Assembly (NCBI RefSeq): GCF_024502345.1
Contig: NZ_JALDNN010000001.1
Strand: one strand, 5' to 3'
Origin: Escherichia coli
GTDB lineage: Bacteria; Pseudomonadota; Gammaproteobacteria; Enterobacterales; Enterobacteriaceae
DNA length: 64,000 nucleotides
The notes beneath the pieces were generated by a model. The model did no database searches. It saw only the letters and a program-made list of their open reading frames with translations, and had not been told where the DNA came from. The translations under genes and the position numbers were made by a program. Shown one piece after another: positions 1-11,141 of the stretch; position 1 is the stretch's first letter, and the number at the start of each line of letters is the position of its first letter.

Positions 1-353
1 TTTCTTTGCTGGAATGGCACGAACATTAATGTAGAACAGCGACTCTTTATTTTCAGGCAGGTTATCAGCTGTTTTAATAATTCGCAGTGATGAGTCATCG
101 CCAGCTTCAAGACGAAATAGCGGTGGGGTTATAATAAATGGGGCACGGCTTGTACCATCTATATTATCTACCCATGATTGCAGTAAATAAGGCGTTTCTG
201 CGCCTTTGTTTGCGACAGGTAACGCAGCCTCTTTGCGGCTGGCATCATAGATCACTCGCGTTCGCTGTAAAACGATACCCCCTGCAAGCGCCTGGCCGAT
301 ACAGAAGCTACACAACAAGGTTATTATCACCGCGAATGTTCGTTTTGACATAG
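1..353 (-). CDS. yraI: Periplasmic fimbrial chaperone (PapD-like), N-terminal part; 3' end lies beyond window start
   Basis: Minus-strand frame open from ATG at 351-353 to the window edge; translation [16 protein letters not shown]... has a signal peptide and chaperone-like sequence; sits next to fimbrial subunit yraH as in the K-12 yraHIJK order. Confidence 0.6.
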
Positions 354-430
354 TTATTTTTCAACCTGATACAACGAGAAAGAGGAAGGAAAAGGGCGTT
401 ATCTGAAAGGTCAGATAACGCCGTAACGTA

Positions 431-1015
431 TTAACGGTAATCCAGCGTTACGTTAACGACAGCGTCTGCTTCCCCTGGGGTGATTTCTGATGCTTCAACG
501 GTTGATACGTAGTAAGCGATGAGGTCAACATTGACAATACCATTGGAGTCCGCTGGGATCTGATAAACCGTGTTATCATTCCCCATAGCATTCAGTGGCA
601 TAAGGTTTCCGCTTTCCGCATCGTCAATACGGATACCCACACCTGTTGCCGCTGTGCCAGCAAAAGAGCCCACTTTTGCCAGATTAGGGAAGTTAGGGAC
701 GGTGCCATTATCCCGCGTTTCCAGCCATAAACGGAAAGACGCTTCAACGTTGCCGTTATCGTGCTCCCACCCAGTCACTGGGCAGTTAACTAAAGGAATA
801 GTGAATGGAATTTTTGGGCTACGATCGCCAACAGAACGAAACTGTTCGGCATTATAGTGACCAAGAGCAACTTCAATTTTCTTATCAGAGTCATTGATTT
901 CACAAGCGGATTTTAAAATCTCGCCATCAAAAACTATTTCACCATCGGTTGCAGCGGCATTACCTGCGAAAAGCGCAAGTAAGCCCACAATAGCTGTTTT
1001 TGTAACTTTATTCAT
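431..1015 (-). CDS. yraH: Fimbrial-like adhesin subunit
   Basis: ORF track 194 aa with signal peptide (MNKVTKTAIVGLLALFAGNAAA) and C-terminal fimbrial-subunit pattern; AT-rich upstream region. Confidence 0.85.
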   Translation of the reverse strand: MNKVTKTAIVGLLALFAGNAAATDGEIVFDGEILKSACEINDSDKKIEVALGHYNAEQFRSVGDRSPKIPFTIPLVNCPVTGWEHDNGNVEASFRLWLETRDNGTVPNFPNLAKVGSFAGTAATGVGIRIDDAESGNLMPLNAMGNDNTVYQIPADSNGIVNVDLIAYYVSTVEASEITPGEADAVVNVTLDYR

Positions 1016-1415
1016 TTATAACCTTATCCTTGTAACAAGTACATAATCATATTTAATGTGAATATATGTTCAACATCTTTAAAGATTATACAGGTAGAAA
1101 TATTTCATTGAACATTAAATAGACTAAACTTTAAGATTATATTTATATGCAAATATTTTATGTTTTTATTATATTGATATGAATTTTCTATGTGTTAAAA
1201 AGAGTATAAATGCCTGACTTTGCTGCGCCAGGGGCCGAGTCAGAATACGAGGTGATTTATTAATAGAACAAGTTATATGTATATCTAAAATTAAATTGTT
1301 GAACATAACTCCTTTTGCTATTGGCGTTATGTTCAACCCAGTCAAATGTTATTTAATATAATGCGTGACTGTTGAATAAGTTAATTTAAAAATTTTGAGC
1401 AAATTTTTCATCTGG

Positions 1416-2171
1416 TTAGGTATTAATTAAACAAATAAAGTTACTGTGCAGCCATAAAAACGAAGCCGGGATAGCGGTGGAGACTTTAGCCGTGAGAAAA
1501 CGTTCTGTCGCATCCTGCTTTCCTTCGCCAGTCACCAATAACAAAACCTCGCGGGCATTGAGAATATCCTTCAGGCCTAAGGTGATCCCACGAGTCACGG
1601 GGCGACCCGTGGTTTTTAACATCTCATGTTGCTGTGTTCTGGCATCAAGTTGACTGATATGGCAGGCCGGTTGTAGGCTTTCTCCCGGTTCGTTCAGCCC
1701 AAGATGACCGTTTTTCCCCAACCCGAGAACGCATAAATCCAGACCGCCTTTGCGCGCAATCAGGTTCGTTACCCGTTCGCACTCTGTCTCATTTATCTCT
1801 TCGGAGCGAAAGCTGATGAGCTGGTCTTCACGCAGCCCCAGCGGCTGCACGATATGCTGTTGTAGGAAAGTTTCGCAGGTGCCAGGCATCGTTAATGGCA
1901 GATCCACCCATTCGTCGAGCTTCACGAAGGTGAGCTGGCTGATATCAACCTGCTGCTGGTGGATTTTTTCTACCAGATAATGATACGTCAGTAATGGCGT
2001 GGCTCCGGTCGCCAGGCAAATCACGGCATCCGGTTTGCTACGGATCACAGCCAATAAATATTCGCTGGCTCGTTCACTTAACGCCGTATAGTTTTCAACT
2101 TGCTGAAGGGTTTGCACAGGATGAAATTCCTTAAGTAAAGAGGCACCGCCAGAAGCAGTGCCTCGTTCCAT
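1416..2171 (-). CDS. agaI: Galactosamine-6-phosphate deaminase/isomerase (NagB family)
   Basis: ORF track 251 aa; last gene of the aga cluster by synteny. Confidence 0.9.
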   Translation of the reverse strand: MERGTASGGASLLKEFHPVQTLQQVENYTALSERASEYLLAVIRSKPDAVICLATGATPLLTYHYLVEKIHQQQVDISQLTFVKLDEWVDLPLTMPGTCETFLQQHIVQPLGLREDQLISFRSEEINETECERVTNLIARKGGLDLCVLGLGKNGHLGLNEPGESLQPACHISQLDARTQQHEMLKTTGRPVTRGITLGLKDILNAREVLLLVTGEGKQDATERFLTAKVSTAIPASFLWLHSNFICLINT

Positions 2172-2963
2172 TTACAAAATGCCGAATGCGGAACAAACAA
2201 TAGAGAGCACAAAAGTCACGCCGATTAACAGCACCGGATGCGCTTTTTTCACCCGCAGGAAGTAATACATCAGCATGGTGTAGGCCATCGGTAAAATGTT
2301 CGGGAAGACTTTATCGAAGAAATCCTGTTGCAGCGCGACGCTGTGGGTACTGTCGATGGCAAACGATGTCACCACGTTAATATGCACATACGAAGCGATC
2401 AGCCCGCCGATTACCGTGATCCCGAGGATGGTTGCCGAGCGAGCAATCATCTGCGAGTTCTCTCGCACTTTATCGATCGCCTTCACGCCGACTGAATAAC
2501 CGACGTGGGTCCAGCCGACGCGCAGGAAAAAGATAAGCAGGTAAACGGCGAAAAATAGAATCGGCCCCAGCAGGTTTCCCTGGCTGGCAAATGATGAGCA
2601 AATTCCCGCCATAATCGGCAACAAAGTAAACCAGAAAATCGCATCGCCAATCCCGGCGATTGGGCCAAACAGTGCCACTTTGAGGCCTTTAATGGTGTCG
2701 CGGTTTTCTCCTTTTTCTTCCATCGAAATTAATAACCCCATCAGGAATCCGACCAGATTCGGGTGGGTATTAATAAATTCGAGGTTATCTTTCATCGCCG
2801 CGCTTAAGCCCGGTTTGTCGTCCTTATAAATCTTTTTCAGGATCGGCAACATCGCCCAGGTAAAACCGCCCGCCTGCATCCTTTCGTAGTTAAAGCTCGC
2901 TTGCAGCAGCGACGAACGAAAGCCCAGACGGGTGATATCTTTTTTACTGATTTCAGATCCCAT
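2172..2963 (-). CDS. agaD: PTS galactosamine-specific IID component
   Basis: ORF track frame 2172..3110; chosen start MGSEISKKD gives 263 aa; overlaps agaC by ~11 bp, typical operon coupling. Confidence 0.88.
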   Translation of the reverse strand: MGSEISKKDITRLGFRSSLLQASFNYERMQAGGFTWAMLPILKKIYKDDKPGLSAAMKDNLEFINTHPNLVGFLMGLLISMEEKGENRDTIKGLKVALFGPIAGIGDAIFWFTLLPIMAGICSSFASQGNLLGPILFFAVYLLIFFLRVGWTHVGYSVGVKAIDKVRENSQMIARSATILGITVIGGLIASYVHINVVTSFAIDSTHSVALQQDFFDKVFPNILPMAYTMLMYYFLRVKKAHPVLLIGVTFVLSIVCSAFGIL

Positions 2964-3756
2964 TGCTGTAGTCCTCTTCTTCATTTTTACTGGCAACGGG
3001 CTGCGGTTGCGCTTGCTGCCGGGATTTCGCATTGAAAAACTCATACACCGCAAAGCCTGCGCCCAGTACGGCAACCGGCAACAGGTTGCTGACCTGGATG
3101 TAGCAAACAAACAGGAAACCGGCGATCAGGTAAGGGATATATTGCGCTTTGAACATTACGCGCAGCAGCAAGCCAAAACCAACGGCAGGCAGAATACCGC
3201 CAGCCACTTCAAAGCCGTGGGTCAACCAGGCGGGCATCGCTTTCACCAGCGCCTGCATCGCCCCTTGTGCCAGGTAAGTACAGAGGAAAGCAATCACCGC
3301 ATACGCTGAAGCGACGATGAGCATCGTTGTCCAGTTAAGCCGGGAAAACGCTGCCGTATCCGCCTCTTTCGCGCATTTATCGGCTTTGGTCATAAATAAT
3401 GAGAAAGCGGAATAGAAGAACAGAATGACGTACTGCATTAACAAACTAAACGGCAGGCCAAGACCAATTGCTGTTTTGGCATCAACGCCCGTAGACCATG
3501 CAATGACGGTGGTCATCAGACCCGCCATAATCGGGTTGGGCGGCTGAACACCACCTGCAGGGGTTAATCCGGCGAAAGCCAACTCTGTCAGACCACCGGT
3601 AATTAAGCCAGTCTGAATATCACCGAGAATAGCGCCAGTTAGGGTACAAACGATTATCGGGCGGAATAAAAATAAGGCTTCCAGCCAAAAATCAATCCCC
3701 AGAACGAAAACTAACGCCGCCAGGGATAATCCCTGAAGTAGGGTTATTTCATGCAT
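2953..3756 (-). CDS. agaC: PTS galactosamine-specific IIC component
   Basis: ORF track 267 aa, polytopic membrane protein of the mannose-family PTS. Confidence 0.9.
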   Translation of the reverse strand: MHEITLLQGLSLAALVFVLGIDFWLEALFLFRPIIVCTLTGAILGDIQTGLITGGLTELAFAGLTPAGGVQPPNPIMAGLMTTVIAWSTGVDAKTAIGLGLPFSLLMQYVILFFYSAFSLFMTKADKCAKEADTAAFSRLNWTTMLIVASAYAVIAFLCTYLAQGAMQALVKAMPAWLTHGFEVAGGILPAVGFGLLLRVMFKAQYIPYLIAGFLFVCYIQVSNLLPVAVLGAGFAVYEFFNAKSRQQAQPQPVASKNEEEDYSNGI

Positions 3757-3794
3757 TTTTATTACCTCAAACCAATATTAAGGCGATTTTAGAT

Positions 3795-4271
3795 TTAGTC
3801 AGGGATTTGTTCTTTTTGATCGCCAGGGACGTCCTGAATGAAAACATTCACGCCACGTTGTTTAATAAAACGTAAGTCCGCGAGATCCTGGTCATCGACA
3901 TAAACTTTACTGCTGATTTGCTTTTTCCCTTCCGAGAAATGCATATTGCCGACGTTGATATCTTTCAGGTCAATGCCACCTTCTACCAATTTACGTACCG
4001 TTTGTGGCGTACGGCAAATAAGGAAGATCTTCTGATGCGGTGCAGCTTTGCCGATGACGTTAATGGTTTTTTCGATAGTAAAGAAACGAATGCCAAAGCC
4101 GTAGGTTTCTGCGGTAATACCCATTAATTTCTGTTGAATATCATCGTTAGCGACAACATCATCCACGACTACCAGCAGATTCGCACCGATGGTGGATGTC
4201 CAGGTCACGCCAACCTGACCGTGAACCAGACGGTTATCAATACGGGTTAAGAGAATATTTGGACTGCTCAT
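3795..4271 (-). CDS. agaB: PTS galactosamine-specific IIB component
   Basis: ORF track 158 aa; IIB(Man-type) motif RIDNRLVHGQV. Confidence 0.9.
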   Translation of the reverse strand: MSSPNILLTRIDNRLVHGQVGVTWTSTIGANLLVVVDDVVANDDIQQKLMGITAETYGFGIRFFTIEKTINVIGKAAPHQKIFLICRTPQTVRKLVEGGIDLKDINVGNMHFSEGKKQISSKVYVDDQDLADLRFIKQRGVNVFIQDVPGDQKEQIPD

Positions 4272-4437
4272 TGTGTAATCCTCACCATAAAGTTGAATAA
4301 TATAATTTTTTTTAATATATTATTGTTGCGATATTGTACTGATGTATTTATTAAGGTTTAGTCATCTCCTTTTCCATTAAGGCACTCCCCGATATTAATC
4401 GGGAAGTACATTGGGATAAATCATAAAAAACTAATGA

Positions 4438-5310
<873 letters not shown>

Positions 5311-6465
5311 TTATGCCTGCCACGGATGAATGATTACGCCTTGCACCACGCGGTTAACGGTGCCGCTGGCTGATGGGGTATCCGGCGTATTGCCCATGTG
5401 CAGCGACTGCATCAGTGCAAACGTCTGGGCGTACATCAGGAAGCAAAATGCCTGCTCAACGTCGATAAAGTGACGTGACGGCGGCAGGATAATATGTGGA
5501 CCGGCAGCGACGATGTCGGTGCTTTCCGCGGCGATGGCGATTACGCGCATTGCCTGGTTGTCACGGCGGAGTTCAGCCAGCAGATCAAGATCATACTGAC
5601 GGGTGTAAGGGTGGCTGGAGACAAATACCACCACCAGTGTTTCGTTATCGACCAGCGATTTTGGTCCATGACGGAATCCGGTTGGAGAATCATAAAAGGC
5701 CGCCAGTTTACCCGCCGTCAGTTCCAGCACTTTCAGCGCCGACTCGCGTGCTGCGCCCTGTAAGCCACCGCTGCCGAGATAAACGATCCGTTTCCACGGT
5801 GCGTAACCAAACACACCTTCGCTGAAATCGCCCAGTGAGGTCAGGATCGCCTGGCAACGATCCGCCACGTCGCGGAAGGTTTGGCTGTTGATCGTCTCAG
5901 GTGCGAAAACCGCGAGGCAGCTGGCCATCATGGTGGTAATGCTGCTGGTCATCGCAAAGCCGCGATCGTGCGTTTCTGCGGGCATCAGCAGGGCAAACGC
6001 GTTATCGCTGTTGATCGCGTTTTGGTAAAGAGCGCCCGCTTCGTTGCAGGTGATCGGCAGGTGATAGCATTCTGGTACAAATTGATTTGCCAGTTCCACG
6101 GCAGCGACGCTTTCCGGGCTGTTGCCGGATCGACCGAAGGAGATCAACAGCAGCGGATGGGCTGGGTTCAGGTAGTCCATCGGATTGGTGACCAGATCGG
6201 TGGTCGGTACGGCGCTGAAGTTTTTACCGGTATGGCTGGCGAGCCACGGCGCGATGATGTCACCGATAAATGCCGACGTTCCGGCTCCGGTCAGGATGAT
6301 CCGCAGATTCTCTTTGCGCAGTAACGGTTCAAGGAAGTTATTGAGCGCGGAACGTAGCGCGTCGATGTTGGTGAGTGAACGGATCCATGCGCGAGGCTGA
6401 TGGCGGATCTCTTCTTCAGTCCATGTACCGGTTGCGGCGGCAGCAGGGGTGTAATTTTCTGGCAT
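5311..6465 (-). CDS. agaS: SIS-domain putative galactosamine-6-phosphate deaminase/isomerase
   Basis: ORF track 384 aa; synteny. Confidence 0.9.
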   Translation of the reverse strand: MPENYTPAAAATGTWTEEEIRHQPRAWIRSLTNIDALRSALNNFLEPLLRKENLRIILTGAGTSAFIGDIIAPWLASHTGKNFSAVPTTDLVTNPMDYLNPAHPLLLISFGRSGNSPESVAAVELANQFVPECYHLPITCNEAGALYQNAINSDNAFALLMPAETHDRGFAMTSSITTMMASCLAVFAPETINSQTFRDVADRCQAILTSLGDFSEGVFGYAPWKRIVYLGSGGLQGAARESALKVLELTAGKLAAFYDSPTGFRHGPKSLVDNETLVVVFVSSHPYTRQYDLDLLAELRRDNQAMRVIAIAAESTDIVAAGPHIILPPSRHFIDVEQAFCFLMYAQTFALMQSLHMGNTPDTPSASGTVNRVVQGVIIHPWQA

Positions 6466-6700
6466 AACTCAATCCTTAGTCTGATGAACTTGACGTCGGG
6501 CGTTGTCGCTTTCACTTGCCTTTCGTTTCATTTCACTTGGTGATGTCTTTCGTTGATTAAAATCTATATAAAAGAAACTGAAAGTTCAATGGAGAAAAAG
6601 GAAATAAAACGAAATCTGTGATCGTTGAAAGAAAAGACAAGGGAAGATTAAGAATTGCGTAATGACGTCGCTATGTTCACCGATTGCCGGATGCGGCGTA
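6466..6700. promoter_or_regulatory. agaS promoter region with AgaR-operator-like CTTTC/GAAAG repeat arrays
   Basis: Repeated CTTTCG/CGAAAG motifs (for example cgctttcacttgcctttcgtttcatttcac) immediately upstream of agaS; resembles DeoR-type AgaR operators. Confidence 0.45.
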
Positions 6701-6745
6701 CCGTAGGTCGCATAAGACGCGTTAGCGTCGCATCCGACACCGCTG
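6686..6745. repeat. REP (repetitive extragenic palindromic) element
   Basis: gccggatgcggcgt...gcgtcgcatccgac palindromic unit between agaA and agaS. Confidence 0.5.
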
Positions 6746-6804
6746 CACAGATCAAAAAGAAAGGCCTTACGGGGGAAGTGAAGGCCCAATAATGGAGCAA
6801 ACCA

Positions 6805-7938
6805 TCAAAACGAAGCTAATTGACCCTGAATCCAGATTTGTTGCACATGTAGCCCGCTATCCAGCGCAACGACGCTGGCGCGTTTGCCCGGTTTAAGCGA
6901 TCCCAGAACACCATCAACACCCAGCATTCGCGCCGGATGCAGCGACGCCATATGGATGGCTTCCGCAGGCGTTACGCCCGTCAACTCGACCATATTGCGC
7001 ACTGCCGCATCAACAGACAGCGTACTGCCCGCCAGCCCACCAGACGCGGTACGGACAACGCCACCGTGCATCTGCACTTCTTCACCACATAACGTATAGC
7101 GACCATCCGGCATCCCAGCTGCCTGCATCGCGTCGGTGATCAGTACGATTCTCTCTTTCGCACAGCAACAACACAGCGACATTGCCGCCGGATGCACATG
7201 ATGACCATCGGCTATCAGTTCCAGCCAGGCGCGCTTGTCCGTTAATCCCGCGCCAACCATTCCCGGTTCGCGGTGATGTAAACCTGTCATCCCGTTATAG
7301 CAATGCACCAGGCCGTCGGCACCAGCATCAAATGCGGCGCGGGTTTGTTGCCAGGTCGCCGCGCTATGCCCCAGCATCACCCTTACGTTTTGCTGTTTAA
7401 GATGGCGGATGGCCTGCAATGCCCCTTCTTTTTCCGGTGCCAGCGCTACCACGCGTAAGGTGTGCTGAGAAACGGCAATCAACTGATCCAGCTCGGCAAT
7501 TTCAAGCTCGCGAAACAACTGCGGCGGATGCGCGCCTTTATTCTGCGGCGTGAAGTACGGTCCTTCGAGATAACTCCCCAGCACTTGCGCACCAGGTCCG
7601 CCGCGTTGGCAACGTTGAGCAATACGTTTCAGCGCCGCATGAATGGTATTAAGCGGCGCGGTTACGGTGGTCGGTAACCAACTGCCGACACCTTCGCGTG
7701 CCTTGTGCATTGCCAGCTTGTCGAGTACATCCGGCGCGTCATCCATTACATCAACGCCCGCACCACCGTGTACATGGGTGTCGATGTAAGCAGGGCAGAG
7801 CAGTTCCGCATCGCGTTCAGTCACGCCCGCTGGAATCGGTTCGATTGCTGCGATGACACCGTCAGCAATACGCAACTGATGGTCATCGAGCCATCCCTCT
7901 TCAGTCAGCAGCCTTCTGGCGCGCAGAACGTGTGTCAT
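6805..7938 (-). CDS. agaA: N-acetylgalactosamine-6-phosphate deacetylase (NagA homolog), apparently full length
   Basis: ORF track 384-aa frame; start MTHVLRARR gives 377 aa; N-terminal HxH metal motif (DTHVHGG) present and alignable to NagA over the whole length. Confidence 0.85.
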   Translation of the reverse strand: MTHVLRARRLLTEEGWLDDHQLRIADGVIAAIEPIPAGVTERDAELLCPAYIDTHVHGGAGVDVMDDAPDVLDKLAMHKAREGVGSWLPTTVTAPLNTIHAALKRIAQRCQRGGPGAQVLGSYLEGPYFTPQNKGAHPPQLFRELEIAELDQLIAVSQHTLRVVALAPEKEGALQAIRHLKQQNVRVMLGHSAATWQQTRAAFDAGADGLVHCYNGMTGLHHREPGMVGAGLTDKRAWLELIADGHHVHPAAMSLCCCCAKERIVLITDAMQAAGMPDGRYTLCGEEVQMHGGVVRTASGGLAGSTLSVDAAVRNMVELTGVTPAEAIHMASLHPARMLGVDGVLGSLKPGKRASVVALDSGLHVQQIWIQGQLASF

Positions 7939-8076
7939 ATCCCTTCCTCGACCGGACATTCTTCATGGCAGCGGTCTAACTCGTCCACCAGACTGGTCAG
8001 CCCACGATGTCCACACTCCAGCGCCTGTACTCGGAATTCTTCACCGCTTAACCCTTCGCGCTCCAGCACCATCTCC
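7935..8076 (-). pseudogene. agaF: Remnant 3' end of PTS IIA(Aga) gene agaF (about the last 45 codons)
   Basis: Frame ...LEMVLEREGLSGEEFRVQALECGHRGLTSLVDELDRCHEECPVEEGI-stop resembles a mannose-type IIA C-terminus; its stop overlaps the agaA start codon (ATGA). Confidence 0.5.
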
Positions 8077-8241
8077 AGTACCGCCGGTTAAAATACCGGT
8101 ATGCAGATCGCCAAGTACCAGCCCGACTAACGGGCCGAGGACCACCGGGCGGTGCATATGGGTTAAGCCGTTAAACATATCCAGGCCAGCGATAAAGGCG
8201 ATAATGCCCAACGCGAATGCCTGCAACAGACTGATTTCCAT
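8041..8241 (-). pseudogene. agaW: Truncated PTS IIC(Aga) gene agaW: first ~54 codons, then 12 out-of-frame codons and a stop
   Basis: ORF track 66 aa MEISLLQAFALGIIAFIAGLDMFNGLTHMHRPVVLGPLVGLVLGDLHTGILTGG then TGDGAGARRVKR; far too short for a IIC protein. Confidence 0.7.
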
Positions 8242-8251
8242 GATGAATCCC

Positions 8252-8725
8252 TCAAAGTAATTTAAAGAGGTCCACAGCAGGCTCTGTCGGGACGCCCTGA
8301 ACGAAGCATTCCACCCCAGCGGCTTTCAGGTCGTTAAATGCTGCGATATCGCCCGCATCCACAGAAACCGTTTTGGCGATTTGTTGCTTGCCATTGGCGT
8401 AGTGCATATTGCCAACGTTAATGCGATTCACCGGAACGCCACCTTTCACCAGCGTCAGGAAATCGGCGGGTGTTTTACAAACCAGCAGGATTTTCTGTCG
8501 ATCGGCGGCGCGATGAATGTTGTCGATAACTTTTTGCAGCGTCCAGAAACGTACGGCGATCCCTTCTGCCAGTACCATTTCCATCAGGTTTTGTTGTACC
8601 GGATCTTCGGCAACCTCATCGTTGGCTACCAGCACCAGATTTGCCCCCGCAAATCCGACCCACTGAACGCCGACCTGACCGTGAATCAAGCGTTCATCAA
8701 TCCGGCTTAAAACAATATTTGGCAT
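8252..8725 (-). CDS. agaV: PTS N-acetylgalactosamine-specific IIB component
   Basis: ORF track frame 8252..8761; start MPNIVLSRIDERLIHGQVG gives 157 aa. Confidence 0.9.
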   Translation of the reverse strand: MPNIVLSRIDERLIHGQVGVQWVGFAGANLVLVANDEVAEDPVQQNLMEMVLAEGIAVRFWTLQKVIDNIHRAADRQKILLVCKTPADFLTLVKGGVPVNRINVGNMHYANGKQQIAKTVSVDAGDIAAFNDLKAAGVECFVQGVPTEPAVDLFKLL

Positions 8726-8747
8726 AGCGTGTTCCTCTTTGTTTTGC

Positions 8748-10028
8748 TTATTGGCCTTCACAGGCTGTGTGGTACTGCGCCAGGATGTCCTGAATATGGT
8801 TGATAATGAGTTCCCGTGGCGTTGGCTGCAGCTCGCCGGAGCGAACTTTCACGTACTGCAGCGGCAGATACTGGCTGATCAGCGGCAGCGGAATTGGTGA
8901 ATCCGCCAGATTACGTACCAGATGAGCGAAAGCGTCATCAATCTGGCTGTCCGGCCAGTAATAGCGCACGCGATCCGAGTAGCTATAACCACGCGCCAGA
9001 CGACGCGCGTTGCCGTCACCGTGGTAGTGGCTTTGCCAGTATTCCGGGCGGTCGAGCATCACGTTTTCCAGCACCTGACGCAGACCAGAACAGGCTTTTG
9101 CTGGCACCAGTTCTTCTTCAATCGCTGCCAGAGAGAACAGAGCTTCACGCAGGGCGAAGGTCAGCGCCGGGCCAACTTTCAGAATGGCAAAGTGGTCAAT
9201 CACCAGCCGGCGCAGCGATTGCGGCGTTTGATAATCGGTAGAGTGCGCTTCGAAAATCAGCGTTTCGTAGCTTTCGACCATCTGGCTTAAGGCGGTCGCT
9301 TTGGCGGGCTGATAATCAATAACGTTGGTGTGATCGAATTCGACGCCGGGTTGAACCACCAGGGCAATGATGCGTGGCCAGATGGCATTCAAACCTTGCT
9401 TTTCAAAGGCGTGACGATGGGCTTCCAGCGTGGCGCGGGCGGCATCCGGCGTGGTGACCACCAGCTCGCTTAAGGTTTCATGCGCGCCGCCAGGTACCGG
9501 CACTTCGGTACCAATGACATACTCCAGATCGGCTTCGCCAAAGTGTTCAAGACAGGTTTCTTCCGCCACTTTCGCCAGACGGGCGGCGCGTTCAGCCACG
9601 ATGTCATCAGTTAAGGGAATCGGATCGTCCTGACAGGACATGCTGCAATCAAGGTGGATTTTTTTGAATCCTGCCGCAACGTAGCTTTTAATCAAATCAT
9701 CGGCATTGGCCATTGCCTGAGCGGCCGGCAGGTTTTGCCAGCGGTTTGGCCCCAGATGGTCACCACCCAGAATCAACGCATCCTGCGGGAAATTCAACGA
9801 GTCGGCGAGCTGACAAACAAAGCCGCGAAAATCGGCGGGCGTCATTCCGGTATAACCGCCGAACTGGTCTACCTGATTGGAGGTTGCTTCAATCAGTAAC
9901 GGCGTTTGGTTTGCACTGGCGTAGCGGATTGCAGCCTCCAGCACCAGCGGATGTGCGGAACAAACGGCATAAATTCCATTTGTTTTGCCCGCTTTGTGCT
10001 GTCTCACCATTTCTGTCAGATGTTTCAC
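8748..10028 (-). CDS. kbaZ: Tagatose-bisphosphate aldolase non-catalytic subunit KbaZ
   Basis: ORF track 426 aa; synteny. Confidence 0.92.
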   Translation of the reverse strand: MKHLTEMVRQHKAGKTNGIYAVCSAHPLVLEAAIRYASANQTPLLIEATSNQVDQFGGYTGMTPADFRGFVCQLADSLNFPQDALILGGDHLGPNRWQNLPAAQAMANADDLIKSYVAAGFKKIHLDCSMSCQDDPIPLTDDIVAERAARLAKVAEETCLEHFGEADLEYVIGTEVPVPGGAHETLSELVVTTPDAARATLEAHRHAFEKQGLNAIWPRIIALVVQPGVEFDHTNVIDYQPAKATALSQMVESYETLIFEAHSTDYQTPQSLRRLVIDHFAILKVGPALTFALREALFSLAAIEEELVPAKACSGLRQVLENVMLDRPEYWQSHYHGDGNARRLARGYSYSDRVRYYWPDSQIDDAFAHLVRNLADSPIPLPLISQYLPLQYVKVRSGELQPTPRELIINHIQDILAQYHTACEGQ

Positions 10029-10276
10029 TTTCCTCTCCAGTTCAGATTACTGCGATATTAATCTTTCGTTTTGTTTCAGTTGATACTGCGTCATGGTGAG
10101 ATAAAAATAAAACGAAAGATAATAGTTTTCTGATCTGATTCACAAAAGAAACATAATGAAAGTCACTGAAACGAGAGTAGCTTGCGTCAATGGGCAAGGT
10201 GGGCTTGCATTTGCTTAATAGAAAGGCGTTAATAGGCAAAACGAAATGAAACGAAAGTTTTACGAAAGGACTTACT
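10029..10276. promoter_or_regulatory. Divergent kbaZ/agaR control region with multiple AgaR-operator-like repeats
   Basis: Many CGAAAG/CTTTCG-containing repeats (aaacgaaagataat, aacgaaatgaaacgaaagttttacgaaagg) between divergent genes. Confidence 0.5.
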
Positions 10277-11086
10277 ATGAGTAATACCGACGCTTCAGGT
10301 GAGAAGCGAGTGACAGGCACCAGCGAGCGACGAGAACAGATCATTCAGCGTCTGCGACAGCAAGGGAGTGTGCAGGTTAACGATCTGTCGGCATTGTATG
10401 GCGTATCTACTGTGACGATCCGCAACGATCTGGCGTTTCTGGAAAAGCAGGGGATCGCTGTGCGTGCCTATGGTGGCGCGTTGATCTGCGATAGCACGAC
10501 GCCGTCAGTCGAGCCATCAGTGGAAGATAAAAGCGCACTGAACACCGCGATGAAACGCAGCGTTGCGAAAGCTGCCGTTGAGTTGATTCAGCCAGGTCAT
10601 CGGGTGATCCTCGATTCCGGGACCACCACTTTTGAGATTGCTCGTCTGATGCGCAAGCACACTGACGTAATTGCGATGACCAACGGTATGAACGTGGCTA
10701 ATGCGTTGCTGGAAGCGGAAGGCGTTGAGCTGCTGATGACCGGCGGGCATTTGCGCCGTCAGTCGCAATCTCTTTACGGCGATCAGGCTGAGCAATCGCT
10801 GCAAAATTACCACTTCGATATGCTGTTTCTTGGTGTAGATGCGATTGATCTGGAGCGCGGCGTCAGCACACATAATGAAGATGAAGCCCGTTTAAACCGC
10901 CGGATGTGCGAAGTTGCGGAACGGATCATCGTGGTCACCGATTCCAGTAAGTTCAATCGTTCCAGTTTACATAAGATCATTGATACTCAACGTATCGACA
11001 TGATCATTGTTGATGAAGGCATTCCTGCGGATAGTCTGGAAGGACTGCGAAAGGCTGGGGTTGAAGTGATTCTGGTCGGGGAGTGA
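10277..11086 (+). CDS. agaR: DeoR-family transcriptional repressor of the aga cluster
   Basis: ORF track 269 aa; N-terminal HTH, DeoR C-terminal domain. Confidence 0.92.
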   Translation: MSNTDASGEKRVTGTSERREQIIQRLRQQGSVQVNDLSALYGVSTVTIRNDLAFLEKQGIAVRAYGGALICDSTTPSVEPSVEDKSALNTAMKRSVAKAAVELIQPGHRVILDSGTTTFEIARLMRKHTDVIAMTNGMNVANALLEAEGVELLMTGGHLRRQSQSLYGDQAEQSLQNYHFDMLFLGVDAIDLERGVSTHNEDEARLNRRMCEVAERIIVVTDSSKFNRSSLHKIIDTQRIDMIIVDEGIPADSLEGLRKAGVEVILVGE

Positions 11087-11141
11087 GAAAGGGTTGCCCG
11101 CTGGTCAACACGAATGCGTTCGGCGGGCATTGTGAACACCA

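Noticed and set aside
138-353. 71-aa plus-strand ORF at the window start
   Set aside because: Antisense to the yraI chaperone coding sequence, which gives a much more protein-like translation
6586-6789. 67-aa minus-strand ORF between agaA and agaS
   Set aside because: Overlaps the REP element and agaS operator repeats; no support as a gene
10042-10344. 100-aa minus-strand ORF spanning the kbaZ/agaR intergenic region
   Set aside because: Covers the operator-rich control region and overlaps the agaR start on the opposite strand; no RBS; composition dominated by the repeats
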